Source: Mobula hypostoma (taxonomy: Eukaryota). From it: a stretch of DNA of 64,000 bases. Below the pieces are notes generated by a model. That model saw only the letters and a list, made by a program, of their open reading frames with translations. It had not been told where the DNA came from and made no database searches. The position numbers and the translations under genes were made by a program. The stretch spans positions 9,984,001 to 10,048,000 of the forward strand of contig NC_086109.1 of NCBI RefSeq assembly GCF_963921235.1, given 5' to 3'. How positions within the stretch are numbered: the stretch's first letter is position 1; each line of letters begins with the position of its first letter. This document shows positions 26,743-39,845 of the stretch, one piece after another.

Positions 26743-27780
26743 GTTAACCCTTGGTAAACTGAAACACATTTCTAGAAGTTTCCACTCCCTTTAACTCAGA
26801 TGTAAGGAAGCTGAGATCAAAGTTGGTTGTGGTATTAATAGGAGTAATATCCACTCTACATTGACTTGATAGATGTATACAAGATGATAAGAGGCACAGA
26901 TAGAATGGACAGCCTGGGATGTTTTTTTCCCAGGGTAGAATGGCTAATACAAGGGGACATGACCTTAAGGTGTCTGGGAGTAGGGGTGATGTCAGAGGCA
27001 GGATTTTTACACAATGCGGTTGAGTGCATGGTGTTAGAGGTAGATACGTTAGGGACATTTAAGATACTCTTAGGCAAATGGATGAATGGAAAATGGAAGG
27101 TTATGTAGGAAGGAAGGTGTAGATTGATCTTAGAGTAGGTTATAAGGTTGCCACAATGTCGTGGGCTGAAGCACTGTACTGTGCTGTAGTGTTCAACATT
27201 CTGTGTTAACCAACGTACAAAATATGCAAAACAAATAAATAATACTGAAAATATGAGTTGTAGAGCCCTTGAAAGTGAGTCTGTAGGTTGTGGTATCAGT
27301 TCACGACTGGGGTGAGTGAAGTTATCCACACTGGTTCAAGAGCCTGATGGTTGAAGGTTAATAACTGTTCCTGAACCTGGTGGTGTGGGACCTAAGGCTT
27401 CTGCACCTCCTGTCCAACGGTTGTAGCAAGAAGTGGGTATGGCCTAGACAGGGTGTCTTTGTGGCAACGCTTCTCGTAGATGTCCTCAGCGGTGGGTAGG
27501 ATGGACTGTGATGGACTTGGCTGGATCCACTACTTTCTATAGTCTTTTTCCATTCCAATACCTGCTGGTAACTCAGTGACTATTGACGTTTCTACTATCT
27601 CTTTGATGGAGTATCAGTGGACACTTTAACCTTGGAAGGATCACATTAGAGCTCTCTTTCTTCTTCATCCTATGTACCTAGAGATGGTAGCTGACCATTC
27701 ACCCTATTGACTCGATTGTGACAGGGGCTAGAATGAGATGGAAACCAGTTTATGGAAAGAAACACCTGCATATTGTTTCT

Positions 27781-28105
27781 GGGGCATGGTAGTGTGGCAG
27801 TATAATGTTATACAGTGCCAGTGATACAAGTTCAATTCCCACCGCTGTCTGTAAGGAGTTTGTATGTTCTCCCTGTGGCGGTGCTGGTTTCCTCTGAGTG
27901 CTACGGTTTCCTCCCATATTCCAAAGTCATACTGTTTGGAATATCTCTGTTATGGGCATGCTAAGCTGGTGCTGGAAGCATGGTAACACTTGCAGGCTAT
28001 TCCCAGCACATCCTTGGACTGCGTTAGATGATGACATAAACGCCACATTTGACTGCATGTTTTGATGTTTCAATGCACATGTGACAAATAAAACTAATCT
28101 TTACT
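27781..28105 (+). mobile_element. V-SINE, alternative 3' tail subfamily
   Basis: tRNA head and V core; tail ..CATGTGACAAATAAA shared with about 19945-20200 and 53872-54180. Confidence 0.75.
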
Positions 28106-28164
28106 TCAGGTGTTTAGAAAAACACAGTGATATTCACAGCTAAGCAACTCTTTCTTTCTTGCAG

Positions 28165-28275
28165 TCCGGATTTGACCCGGTAAAAGTTCTAATAGCCAAG
28201 AAAAGGTACCTCAAAGCTGCCAAGAAAGAGGAACAGGAAATAGATGCAAGAAGACCAAGTAATCTCTTCAATAAG
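28165..28275 (+). CDS. slc26a9: SLC26A9-like exon F, SGFDPVKVLIAKKRYLKAAKKEEQEIDARRPSNLFNK
   Basis: ctttctttcttgcAG / AAG|GTatga; 111 nt; compare SLC26A9 TGMDPQKVLLAKQKYLK. Confidence 0.93.
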
Positions 28276-28357
28276 GTATGATGATCTATTGGAACTAGTT
28301 TACTATTGTCACAGGTCAGCAGGGGTCATTGATGATTAATGCAGTGAAAAGATGTCA

Positions 28358-28862
28358 GTCCATGGCCTCCTCCTGTGCCAAGTTAAAGCCACCCTCAGGG
28401 TGAAGGAGCATCACCTGTATTCTGTCTGGGTAGCCTCCAGTTTGATGGCATAAATATCAATTTCTCCTTCCAGTAAAAAAAATGTTTCCCTCCCCCTCGC
28501 CTCTTCTTCTATTTCCCACTGGCCTTTTATCTCTTCTCACCTGCCTATCACTGGGTGCCCTTCTCCTTCCCCTGTTCCTTGATCATCTCTCCTCTCCTAT
28601 CAGATTCCTTCTTCTCCAGCCCTTTATCTTTCCCACCCACCTGGCTTCACTATCACCTTCCAACTAGCCTCATTCCCCTCCCACCCCCCCCCCCCGCTTC
28701 TTTGTTCTGGCATCTTCCCCTTTCCTTTCCAGTTCTGAAGTAGGGTTTCAACCCAAAGCGTTGTCTCTTTATTGATTTCCATAGATGCCACATAACCTGC
28801 TGAGCTCCTCCAGCATTTTGTGTGTGTTGCTTAGGATTTCCAGCGTCTGCAAAATTTCTCAT
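28358..28862 (+). mobile_element. PLE 3' fragment
   Basis: HGLLLCQVKATLRVKEHHL..LGSLQ tail plus pLTR. Confidence 0.8.
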
Positions 28863-29341
28863 GGGTAGATTATACTGTTCATACAGATCAGATCATTACC
28901 CAGTAGAACAAGGTAGAACAGCAACAGACCGCAGAATAAAGTACAATAGCTGCAGAGAAAGTGCAGTGCATGTGGACAATAAGGTGCAAGATCCTAATTA
29001 TGTAGCTAGTGAAAAAAAAGTCTGTGATAGCTTCATGGTGGTCGTATATCCACTGCACCAGCCCACTGTGTTCAAGCAGGCTTGCATGGTCAAATGCACA
29101 ACAGATCCAGTGTCTACAAAGGCTATCCCTTTCAGAACGTTGCATGCCTAAATGATGTACCGTTTTTTTTAAATGTAGAAAGCTATTTAACTCATCAAGT
29201 CTATGCTAGCCACCAAAGTAATCTAATCAATCCCATTCCACCACTTATTTCCCGCTAGCCTAGTCACAAGTGTATCATCATCCCACCTGTCTATAGTAGA
29301 GGTCACTTATGGTGGACAATCCAACTACCAACCACCACACT

Positions 29342-30027
29342 CACAACACGCTGGAGGAACTCAGCAGGTCGGGCAGCATCCGTGGAAAAGATCGGTCGAC
29401 GTTTCGGGCCGGAACCCTTCGTCAGGACTTTAGGGGGAAGGGGCAGAGGCCCTATAAAGAAGGTGGGGGGAGGGTGGGAAGGAGAAGGCTGGTAGGTTCC
29501 AGGTGAAAAACCAGTAAGGGGAAAGATAAAGGGGTGGGGGAGGGGAAGCAGGGAGGTGATAGGCAGGAAAGGTGAAGAAGGAATAAGGAAAAACACAATG
29601 GGTAGTAGAAGGAGGCGGAACCACGAGGGAGGTGATAGGCAGCTGGGGGAGGGGGCAGAGTGACATAGGGATAGAGGAAGGGAAGGGGAGGGAATTACCG
29701 GAAGTTGGGGAATTCTATATTCATACCAAGGGGCTGGAGACTACCTAGACGGCTTCCCCTCCCCCCCGCCCTTTATCTTCCCCTTACTGTTTTTCAACCT
29801 GGAGCTTCCCCTCCCCCACCCCTTTGTCTTTCCCCTTACTGGTTTTTCACCTGGAACCTACCAGCCTTTTTCTTCCCACCCTCCCCCCACCTTCTTTATA
29901 GGGCCTCTGCCCCTTCCCTCTTCAGTCCTGACAAAGGGATCTGGCCCAAAACGTTGCGACCTGCTGAGTTCCTCCAGCGTGTTGTGAGTGTTGCTTTAAC
30001 CCTAGCATCTGCAGATTATTTTGTGTT
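29342..30027. mobile_element. PLE insertion with inverted (fold-back) arms and 16-bp TSD
   Basis: TACCAACCACCACACT at 29326-29341 and 30028-30043; left arm on -, right arm on +. Confidence 0.88.
29394..29429 (-). ncRNA. Minimal hammerhead motif, intact, with palindromic ACGU
   Basis: Reverse complement: AGUC-CUGACGA-A-GGGU(UCCG)GCCC-GAAA-C-GUC^-GACC. Confidence 0.78.
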
Positions 30028-31041
30028 TACCAACCACCACACTTGTGGGGCATGAGGAGGGCCTGAAGCACCCGGGGGAAACGTACATGGCCACAGGGAG
30101 AACGTGCAGATTCCGCGCAGGTCTGATTGATCTTGGCTTTGCTGGGGCTGCAAGGTGGCAGCACTAAATGTAACGCCAACCCAAGTAATGATCGGTCATA
30201 TTTATATCACGTCTTAGCCTTATTCTCTGGAAGTGTTGGCTGTCCTTGTAGGTCAGTCCTCATCACAGGGATGAGTCGAGGGGATCAAAGCTACACTGAC
30301 CCTGAGATAACTACATTCATTCATAAATCTATTGCATTGTACAGCTCAGAAACAGGCCCTTCTGTTTTTTTCACATGTGGGGAGGTGAAGTTTGATGTTT
30401 TTCTTTGAACGGGTTCCATGGTTTTTCTTTGTTTCGTGGCTGTCTGTGGGAAGATGAATCTCAGGGTGGGTTGCATACTGCATACACACTTTATAGTCAT
30501 AGTCATACTTTATTGATCCCAAGGGAAACTGGTTTTCATTACAGTTGCACCAACCAAGAATAGAGTATAAATATAGCAATATAAAACCATAAATAATTAA
30601 ATAGTAATATATAAATTATGCCAGGAAATAAGTCCAGGACCAGCCTATTGGCTCAGGGTGTTTGACCCTCCAAGGGAGGAGTTGTAAAGTTTGATTAAAT
30701 GTACTTTGAATCTTTGAACGTTCACCTGGATGCTTATCTGAGCTAACCAACTTTGCCTGCACTTGGCCCCTTGTCCTCCAAAACTCGTCTGTGGAGGCCA
30801 AGTCACTGGGTATATTTAAAGTGGAGGTTGATAGGTTCTTGATTAGTAAGGGTGACAAAGGTTACGGGGAGAAGGCAGGAGAATGAGGTTGAAAGGGATA
30901 ATAAACCAGCCACAATGGAATGGTGGAACAGAATCGATGGGCTAAATGGTCTAATTCTGCTCTAATGTTTTTTGGTCTTATGATCTAAACCCTTCCTATT
31001 CAGATACCTGCCCAAGTGCATTTTGAACAGTGTAATTGTAA

Positions 31042-31810
31042 ACACAAGACATTTCACAGATACTGTAAATCTTGAGGAACACACATAGAATGCTGGGAGG
31101 AACTCAGCAGGTCAGGCAGCATCCATGCAGAGGAGTAAACAGTTGACCGTTCCAGCTGAGACCCTTCATCAGGACTGGAGAGGAAGGGGGCAGAAGTCAG
31201 AATAAGAAGAAGGTGAGGGGGATGGGAAGGAGTACACGCTGAAAGGTGATACACACAAAACCCTGAAGGAACTGAGCAGGTCAGGTAGCATCTTTGGGAA
31301 AGAATAAACAGTCGATGTTTCGGGCTGAGACCCTTCTTCAGGACTGAGAAGGAAGGGAGAAGATGGCAGAATGAAAAAGGTTGGGTGATGGGAAAGAGGT
31401 TAGCTGGAAGGTGATAGGTGAAGCCAGGTGGGTGGGAAATGTCAAGGGCTGGAGAAGAGTGAAAGGAATTGTTTATCGGAAGGTGAAATGGATATTTATG
31501 CCATCAGGTTGGCGGGTACCCAGGCAGAATATAAGGTGTTGCTCCTTTACCCTGAGGAGACCATGGAGCGACACGTCAGAATGGGAATGAGAATCGGAAT
31601 GATAATGTTTGGCCACCGGGAAATCCTGCTTGTGGCGGATGGTGCGGAGGTGCTTGATGAAGCAGTCCCCCAGTTTGGTGGAGGGAGGGAAAAGAGGCAA
31701 GCGGACATGTGAGAGGTGGAACAAAGTGAGGGGAATGTGGGTCAGTGGGGGAGGGGGGATGTAGTAGAAAACTGAAAGGTGATGGGAGAAGAAATAAAGG
31801 GCTGAAGAAA
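31042..31810 (-). mobile_element. Tandem PLE fragments including a GIY-YIG tail
   Basis: ORF 31473..31724 LGDCFIKHLRTIRHKQDFPVAKH..GTRQPDGINI; two pLTRs. Confidence 0.82.
31310..31345 (-). ncRNA. Minimal hammerhead motif, intact core
   Basis: Reverse complement: AGUC-CUGAAGA-A-GGGU(CUCA)GCCC-GAAA-C-AUC^-GACU. Confidence 0.72.
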
Positions 31811-31923
31811 CACTCCCGACCTATCAATCTATCCTAATAACTCGGGACCTCAAGTCCCAGCAATATCCTTGTAAATTTTCAAGTGCTTCGTTCCAATGAG
31901 TTTATTTCTCCTTTCTATTGCAG

Positions 31924-32196
31924 CAAGTATCGTTACAGGAGCTGGTTAAAGAGGTGGAAGCAGAGGTATCCATGGACTGCAATAATAACTCTGTAAATGA
32001 AGGCCCCCGAATCTCCTATATCACAGTCAACACCCCGAATGGGTTGCACGAGAGGATGGAGAAGTCTACACTGGAGCGGGAGAATCCTGAAGATCCCATT
32101 AAACTTGCACATCCCATCATTGACATCCACACGCTCATCCTGGATATGAGCGGAGTCTGTTTCGTAGATCTTATGGGGATCAAAGTTCTGGGAAAG
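31924..32196 (+). CDS. slc26a9: SLC26A9-like exon G (STAS intervening sequence and core), QVSLQELVKE...HTLILDMSGVCFVDLMGIKVLGK
   Basis: ctttctattgcAG / AAG|GTaaag; 273 nt; ORF 31918..32220; HTLILDMSGV.FVDLMGIK STAS signature. Confidence 0.96.
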
Positions 32197-32678
32197 GTAA
32201 AGAGTAACCTTTTCAGTTGAATCTCCTGCATGCCACCACTGGAATCACACAGGGAAAGGTGACCTTTGCTTCGGAAGGAAGGAAAGGCACAGAATTATAG
32301 ACATGAGAGAATCTGCAGATGCTGGAAATCCAACGCAATTGGCTGGAGGAACTCAGCAGATCAGGCAGCATCTGTGGAAATGAATGAACAGTTGACAATT
32401 CGAGCCGAGGCCCTTCTTCAGGGACAGAAAAGGGGACAGAAAATCAGACATACAAAGGCAATGGGAGAGGGGCAGAGTAACGTCAAAAAGCCAAGGGAGG
32501 GATTGCTGTGGTCGGCATGAACCAACAGGGCCGAAGGGACTGATTCCCTCTTGTGTTTGTCTATGTATTGTAATCATAAATGTAATTTTCTGAATGAGAG
32601 AACTCTAACTAGTCTAAAAAAACACTGAAGTTGTGAATATAAGGGAGAATTCTCTTCTGGAGAGATGATTGCTTAGAG

Positions 32679-32758
32679 CAGGGGTTCCTAACCTTTTTTA
32701 TAACATGGACCCCTACACTTAACCAAGGCGTACATGGATTCCAGGTTGGGAATCCCTG
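32679..32758. mobile_element. hAT/Charlie-type MITE (same family as 7402)
   Basis: TIRs CAGGGGTTCCTAACC / GGTTGGGAATCCCTG; degenerate 8-bp TSD. Confidence 0.8.
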
Positions 32759-33399
32759 GTTTGAAGCATGTATCTCTCACAATGCTATTTCCAACCCTTG
32801 AGCATAAAGTAAATGTGTATGCAACAGGAAGGAGCCCAAAGTCGGGAGAGTAAGCTTCCTGCTCCACTAGCTACTAAGGTGGCAAGTAAAGGTGTGTCAT
32901 AGCTGCAGGGCATTTTGGCAGTAACTTGGCCAATAATCTTTCAGATCTTTTAGGACGATTCCGCACAGGAGCAGGCTCTTTATCCCATGGTTTTGTGCCA
33001 AACTAACTGAGCAAATAAAACCTAGCTACATCAATCCCTTCTGCCCACTCATGATTCATATTCCTCATTCTCTGCATATTCCTATATCACAGAGTCTCTT
33101 AATCAAACCTGCCTCCACCACCCCCCCTGGCAGCACATTCAAGCACTACCCCGCCCTGCACTCCCTATGTAAAAAATCTTACCCTGCACACCTCAGTTGA
33201 ACTTTTTGCCTCTTACCTTAAATACATGCCCTCTCGTATTAAACATTTTGACACAGGTGTAAAGATACCTGCTAGGTGTAACACAAGAGATTCTGCAGAT
33301 GCTGGAAATCCTGTGCAGCACACACAAAATACTGGAGGAACTCAGCAGGTCAGTCAGGCAGTATCTACAGAGAGGAATAAACAGTTGACTTTTTTACCA

Positions 33400-33690
33400 T
33401 TTTTTTAATTTATTGAGGTACAACGCAGAGTAGGCCCTTCCAACCCTTCGAGCCACACCGTGCAGCAATTCTCCAATTTAATCCTAGCCTAATAATGGGA
33501 CAATTTACAATGACCAATTAACCTACCAACTGGTATGTCTTTGGACTGCGGGAGGAAACCAGAGCACCCGGCGGAAACCCACGCAGTCATGGGGAGAATG
33601 TACAAACTTCTTACAGACAGCGGTGGGAATTGAACCCAGGTCACCGGCACTGTGAAACGTTGTGCTAACCACTATGCTACCATGCCGCCC
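33400..33690 (-). mobile_element. Full-length V-SINE
   Basis: Reverse complement begins GGGGCGGCATGGTAGCATAGTGGTTAGC..GGTTCAATTCCC. Confidence 0.85.
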
Positions 33691-34914
33691 TATCTATGCC
33701 TCTCATAATTTTATAAACGTCTATTGACAATGGCTGTTTAATTCCAATAAGAGGGGGTTTGCCTCTTCTCATTACTCTTATCAGGGCTGAGGTTCAGGAG
33801 CCTAAAGACACGCACTCAACATTTTAGGAACAGCTTCTTTGCCTCCACCATCAGATTTCTGAATGGTCCATGAACACTACGTCAATATTTTGATCTCTTT
33901 TTGTACTTAATTACTTTTTAAACATATTTCTTATTTTAACAAAGTAGTTTGCTTGTATTTCCCTGCACTACTGCCACAAAACAACAAATTTCATGACACA
34001 TGTCAGTAATTCTGATTCTAATTGCCTTCTATGGACCCAGCACAAACACTCTGTCTCTGATAGGGAAAAGGGGAACACTATTATGTTCAGGCAGATAGAA
34101 TTAGTTTCATTCGGCATTGTGTTCAACACAGACTTTCTGGGCCGAAGGCCATGTTCCTGTGCTGAACATTTCTACGTACTATATTCTGTGACACCATGCT
34201 CTCCAAGTTCCAGTCGGAGTCTCAGAAAGGCCCCATGCCTCATTTTGGGTATGATGAGTAATCAGGGAGTGAGTTTGCCCATTTTCAATCTGAAGGAATG
34301 GTGTTATCCCTGGGAAGTACAGAATGAAACAACTGAGGCAGTTTTATTTTCATCTAATCGAGGGCCACAGTGTTAGACCGTTCCTCCTTCCTTTATAAAA
34401 CTTTGCTTAGGCTCTATCTGGAGTTTTGCATTCATTTCTGGTCACCCCATTACAGGAAGGATGTGGAGGCTTTGGAGAGGGTAGAGGAGTTCACCAGGAT
34501 GCTGCCAGGGTTAGAGGGCGTGTGCCATGAGAAGTGTTTGGACAAACTTAGGTTGTTTTCTCTGGAGTGGTGGAGGCTGTGAGGAAACCTGGTAGAAATT
34601 TATAAAATCATGAGAGGCAAGGAGAGGATTAAAACCCAAGAGGGAAGGGAACCAAAAACTAGAAGGCATTAATTACAAGTTAGAATGGAAAGATTTACAA
34701 GGTACTGGAGGGGCAATTTACTCATGCAGAGGAATGAGTTGCCAGGGGAAGTGTTTGAGACAGGTGCAATAACAACATGTAAAAGATATTTGTTATAAAT
34801 TCAGAGATTGGGAAGGTTTAGCCCTATATGAGCCAAACATGGTAAAATGGGTCTATCCTCGCTGGATATCTTGGTTAGTGTTGGGTAATTGGAGCCAAGA
34901 GGCCTGTTTTCATG

Positions 34915-35200
34915 TGGCACGGTAGCATAGTGGTTAGCACAACAGTTTACAGCACCAGTGACACAGGTTCAATTCCCATCTCTGCCCGTAAGGAGTTTGT
35001 ATGTTCTCCCCGTCACCACATGGGTTTCTTCCGGGTGCTCTGGTTTCTTCCCACAGTCTAAAGACGTACCGGTTGGTAGGTTAATTGGTCATTGTAAATT
35101 GTCCTGTGATTAGACTGGGATTAAGTTGGGGGATTGCTGGATGGTATGGCTCGAAAGGCCGGAAGGACCTGTTCCACGCCGAATCTCAATAAATAAACAA
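34915..35200 (+). mobile_element. Full-length V-SINE
   Basis: A box TAGCATAGTGG, B box GGTTCAATTCC, V core, (TAAA)n. Confidence 0.85.
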
Positions 35201-36632
35201 ATCAGCTCCGCGATTCTATGACATAAAACACTCCTTTGTCTGTTATGTTGGATTTAGTGTACTGTATTAATCCTTTTTCCAAGCAAAAGGAGATCTTGAG
35301 GCTTCTCAACCGACTCTGCAGATGTTTCTTTTCAACTTTTGAACTTTTAACTTTAATCAGCATATACATTTACATGTATCTGGAATTTGCCATGGTGAGC
35401 TGGCATTGCATGCAACCAGAGACAACAACATTCTACAACTATAAAGAATTACATAAAGATAAAGTTAGACATGCAGTTATGGAATATAATGTGCATTAAT
35501 GCATAAGTACCAGCATGTACTTACAATGTAAACAGTATTGTAAAGACTGGTTTAAAGTGTGGTTGTAAAGACTGACTGGTTAATAGATAGAGGGGGGTGT
35601 GGTTTAATTTCAAACAAGCTTTAAAATTAGTAACACACACAAAAATGCTGGAGGAACTCAGCAGTCAATTGAGCCATGGCTGTGGGGTGGATTGTCCTCA
35701 TGGTTCTGAGGGAGTGAGATCTGGTTGATACAGTATGACAATCTAGTGTGCTATTTCAGCGTGGTTCTGGGAGAGTGCTCTACCTTCTGCATTCAGTCCA
35801 GCATTGTCCACAGAGAGAGAGAGAGAAAAAAAACACTAAAGGGGTCCACTTCTGCTTAGTTCCATTCCGGCTTCTTCCCCCTTCCTTTCCAGTCCTGATG
35901 AAGGATTTCAGCTGGAAACGTCAACTGTTTATGATGCTGCCTGGCTTGACCCACTGACTTCCTCCAGCATTTTATGTATCTTACTTTGGATTTCCAGCAT
36001 CTGCAGAACCTCTTGTGTTTAAAATTAGTCCTCTCTCTTGGGGGGACAGAACATTAAACATTGAACAGTACAGCACAGTACAAGCTCTTTGGGCCATGTT
36101 GTTGTGTCGGCTTTTTTAGCTTACTGTATGATCAACCAAACCCTTCCCTCACACATAACCGTCTATTTTTCCTTCATCCATGTGCCTGTCTAAGAATCTG
36201 TCAAATGCCCCTAACACCACCCCTGACAGCACGCTCCATTCACCCACCACTTTCTGTGTAAACGACCTACCTCTAACCGTTTCCCTCCACCCCATACTTT
36301 CCTCCGAGCACCTTAAAATTATGCCTTCTTGTATTAGTCAGTTCTTGCCTTGGCTGTCCATTTGACCTATGCCTCTCATCGTATTGTTCACGTCTTCAAG
36401 GTCACCTTTCATCCTCCTTCACTGCAAAGAGAAAAGCCCTAGTCCATTTAAATGTTCCTAGCCCTAGCTTGTTCAACCTTTCCTCATAAGATATGCACTC
36501 TAATCTAGGCAGCATCCTGTTAAATCTCCTCTGCACTCTCTCTAAAGCTTTCACATCTTTCCTATGATGAAATGACCAGAGCCAAACACAATAATTCAAG
36601 TGAAATCTAACCATATAATAAGTGTGTATTTA

Positions 36633-37186
36633 TACTCAAAGGCCACTTTATGCCTATACACTTGCTTGTTAATGCAAATATCTAATTAGCCAATCATGTG
36701 GTGGCAACTCAGTGCATAAAAGCATGCAGACATTGTCAAAAGGTTCAGTTGTTCAGACCAAACATCAGAATGGGGAAGAAATATGATCGAAGTGACTTTG
36801 ACTGTAGAATGATTGTTGGTGCCAGATGGGGTGGTTTGAGTTCTCAGTAATGATCTTCTGGGATTTTCACCCAAAACATTATCTCGAGTTTACAGAGAAT
36901 GGTGCGATAAGCAAAAAGCATCCAGTGAGCAACAGTTCTGTGGGCAAAAATGCCTTGTTAATGAGAGAGGTCAGAGGGGAATGGCCTGACAGGTTCAAGC
37001 TGACAGGAAGGCGGCAGTAACTGAAATAACCAGACATTACAAAAGTAGTGTGCAGAAGAGCATCTCTGAATGCGCAGCACATTGAACCTTGAAGTGGATG
37101 GACTACAGGAGCAGAAGACCACAAATATACACTTAGTGGGCACTTTATTACGCAGAGGAGGTACCTCATCAAGTGGCCACTGAGTG
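36633..37186 (+). mobile_element. Internally deleted Tc1-like element (copy 1)
   Basis: TIR like CACTCAGTGGCCACTTTA, TA flanks, MGKKYDRSDFD..IVGARWGG HTH remnant. Confidence 0.85.
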
Positions 37187-37723
37187 TATTTCAGAGAAGG
37201 GAAGGGAGATATCCCTGGTGTACAGGCTAATACCTAGACCTTAATCAACACTGAAAACGAGATGAGTTGGTGTCACCATGGCACTATTAGCTGGGTCCCC
37301 ATTGGCTGCTGTATTTCTGGGGGATTATGCTTCAAGACACTTGACTGGCTGTACCATTCTTTAACATTAAGTAAGGTATTTAATAAGCAATTTTCTATTT
37401 CAATATGGACATTAGACATATGGTCATTTATATTGGTCTTCAACATCTCTCAAAACAATTTGTATTCAATTTTGAGATGGAATGAATGCCATTTTGATAA
37501 ATGGAGCCGACATTTTGTCTACAGCATGACTCCGACAAAATGTTACCATGATTAGTGGTCAGTTCTTTTCTCAGTAGAATTGGATGCATTTGGAATAAGC
37601 AGAAAGAGCAAAGCAATAATGAAAACGGCACAGATTCGTTCAATGTCCAGTGTGTTCTTTGTGTTCACCGGCTTTTCATTAGATCTGCTCTTCTAATTGC
37701 TGTTTTTATAACTGTTTACACAG

Positions 37724-37778
37724 ATGTGTTCAAGCTACAAGAAGATTGGCGTGAACGTCTATCTGGCTGGCATACGAG
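37724..37778 (+). CDS. slc26a9: SLC26A9-like exon H, MCSSYKKIGVNVYLAGIR(D)
   Basis: gtttacacAG / G|GTaaga; 55 nt, ends in phase 1; compare LSSTYGKIGVKVFLVNIH. Confidence 0.93.
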
Positions 37779-39845
37779 GTAAGAATATTCAGACTGTCGT
37801 CTTTTCTCAAATTTAATGCAGTCAGAATATTGTTCAGTATCTGTCTGGCTGAGGGACAGAACGCTCTCAATCTGAGTGTTCAATCCCGTTATCTATTGAC
37901 TCACCGCTCAGGTTATCATGATGCTAATCTTCAGTGATTGTATGCCGGTTGCTACAAGAGCCAAATGGTTGAAGGGAAGTAGCTGTTTTTAAACCTGGTG
38001 GTGTGGAACTTCAGGCTTCTATACCTCCTACCTGATGGCAGCTGAGACAAGTTGGCATGGTTCAGATGGTAGAGGTGTTTGATGACGGATGTTGGTTTCT
38101 TGAAGCAGCAGTTCCTGTAGATACTATTGATAGTGGGGAGGGATGTGCCTTTGAAGTATTGGGCTGAGTCCACTACTCCGCAGCTTCTTACATTCCTGTG
38201 CACTCACATTGGCAGGATATTTAAAGATGTAGACAGCAGTGATGGTTTTTGTTTTGGTTAAATGTACATCTGCAAACCGGGAGATCGTGGAGTGAGTTGG
38301 AGACAGTTCCCTGTGGACCTTATGTGCCAGTTTTAACCTGTCAGGACTTGACTGAAGAGCAGGAGATCACTTGGGTTAATAATAAATTGGGTTAATTAGC
38401 AAAGGCCAATAAATAGAAACAGGGTTTGAGTGGAGCAGCCATTGTTAGAGTGGCTATTGTTTGAGTGGACAGTGTTAGAGTGGTCTGGCTTTGGCTCAAC
38501 AGGCTTGAGTGAGAAACGGTGCAGGTTAGAGTTTAGAGGCATAATAGAGCAGGCAGGATGTTTGTTCAGGTAGTAAAATATTCCTCCTGTGCAATGAGGA
38601 ATTTCAGGGTACCTAAGAGTCTTCCTGATTACCACATCTGCAGGAAATGCACCCAACTTCAGTTCCTGACTAAACTGGAGCTGTATGCACTCAGGACTAT
38701 TTGGGAGGTTGAAATGTTCATAGATGAGTCTTTTACTGAGGTGATCACACCCAGAGTGCAGGCTTTAGACAGTAGGTGGGTGGCCACCAAGAGCAATAAG
38801 GTGGGTAAGCAGTCATTGCACGGTTACCCTGTTGCCATTCCCCTCAGCAACAAGTATAGCCCTTTAGATACTGTTGGGGGGAGATAAACGATTACAGCTC
38901 AGCAGCAGCAGCCAGGCCAGAGGCACTGTGGCCAGCTTTAAGGCTCAGCAAGGAAGGGTAAAGTCAGGAAAAGCAATAGTGATAGGAGTCCCGATAGTTA
39001 GGGGAATGGACAAGGGATTCTGTGGCTACAGAGGAGAAGCCAGCATAGTTTCCCCAAAAAGAGATCTTGTCTGCCAAATCTGTTGGAATTCTTTAAGGCA
39101 CTAACAGGCAGGGTAGACAAAGGAGAGTCACATGGATGTTGTTTACTTGGATTTTCAAAATCCACACATGAAGCCGCTTAACAATATAAGAACCCATGAT
39201 ATTACAGGAAAGATACTAGCATGGATAGAAGATTGGCTGATTGGCAGGAGGCAAAGAGTCAGAATAAAGGGAGCCTATTTTGGTTGGATGTCATTGACAA
39301 GTAGTGTTCCGCTGGGGTCACTATTGAAACCCCTTCTTTTCATGTTATATGTCAATGATTTGGATGAAGCAATTGATGGTTTTGTGGCCAAGTTTGCAGA
39401 TAATACAAAGACAGGTGAAGGGGCAGTGTTGATGAAGCAAGGAGTCTGCAGAAGGACTCGGGCAGATTGGGAGAAGGGGCAAAGAAGTGGCAGATGGAAT
39501 CTAGCGCAGGGAAGGGTATGGTCATGCACTTCGGTAGAAGAAATAAAGGCATAGACTATTTTCTAATCAGAGAGAAAATTCAAAAATCAGAGATGCAAAA
39601 AGACTTGGGAGAACTCATGTGGAATTGCTTAAAGCTTAACTTGCAGATTGAGTCAGTGGTAAGGAAAGCAAATGAAATGTCAGCATTCATTTCAAGACAT
39701 CTAGACTATAAGGACAAGGATGTACTGCTGAGGCTTTATAAGGCATTGGTCAGACTGCACTTGAAGTATTGTGAGCAGTTTTGAGCTCCTTATCTAAGAA
39801 AAGATGTGCTAGCATCGGATAGGGTCCAAGAATGATTCTGGGAAT

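Noticed and set aside
33620..33690. tRNA genes (also near 19137, 34915 and 41768)
   Set aside because: These are A/B-box heads fused to the V-SINE body with no complete cloverleaf, so they are SINEs
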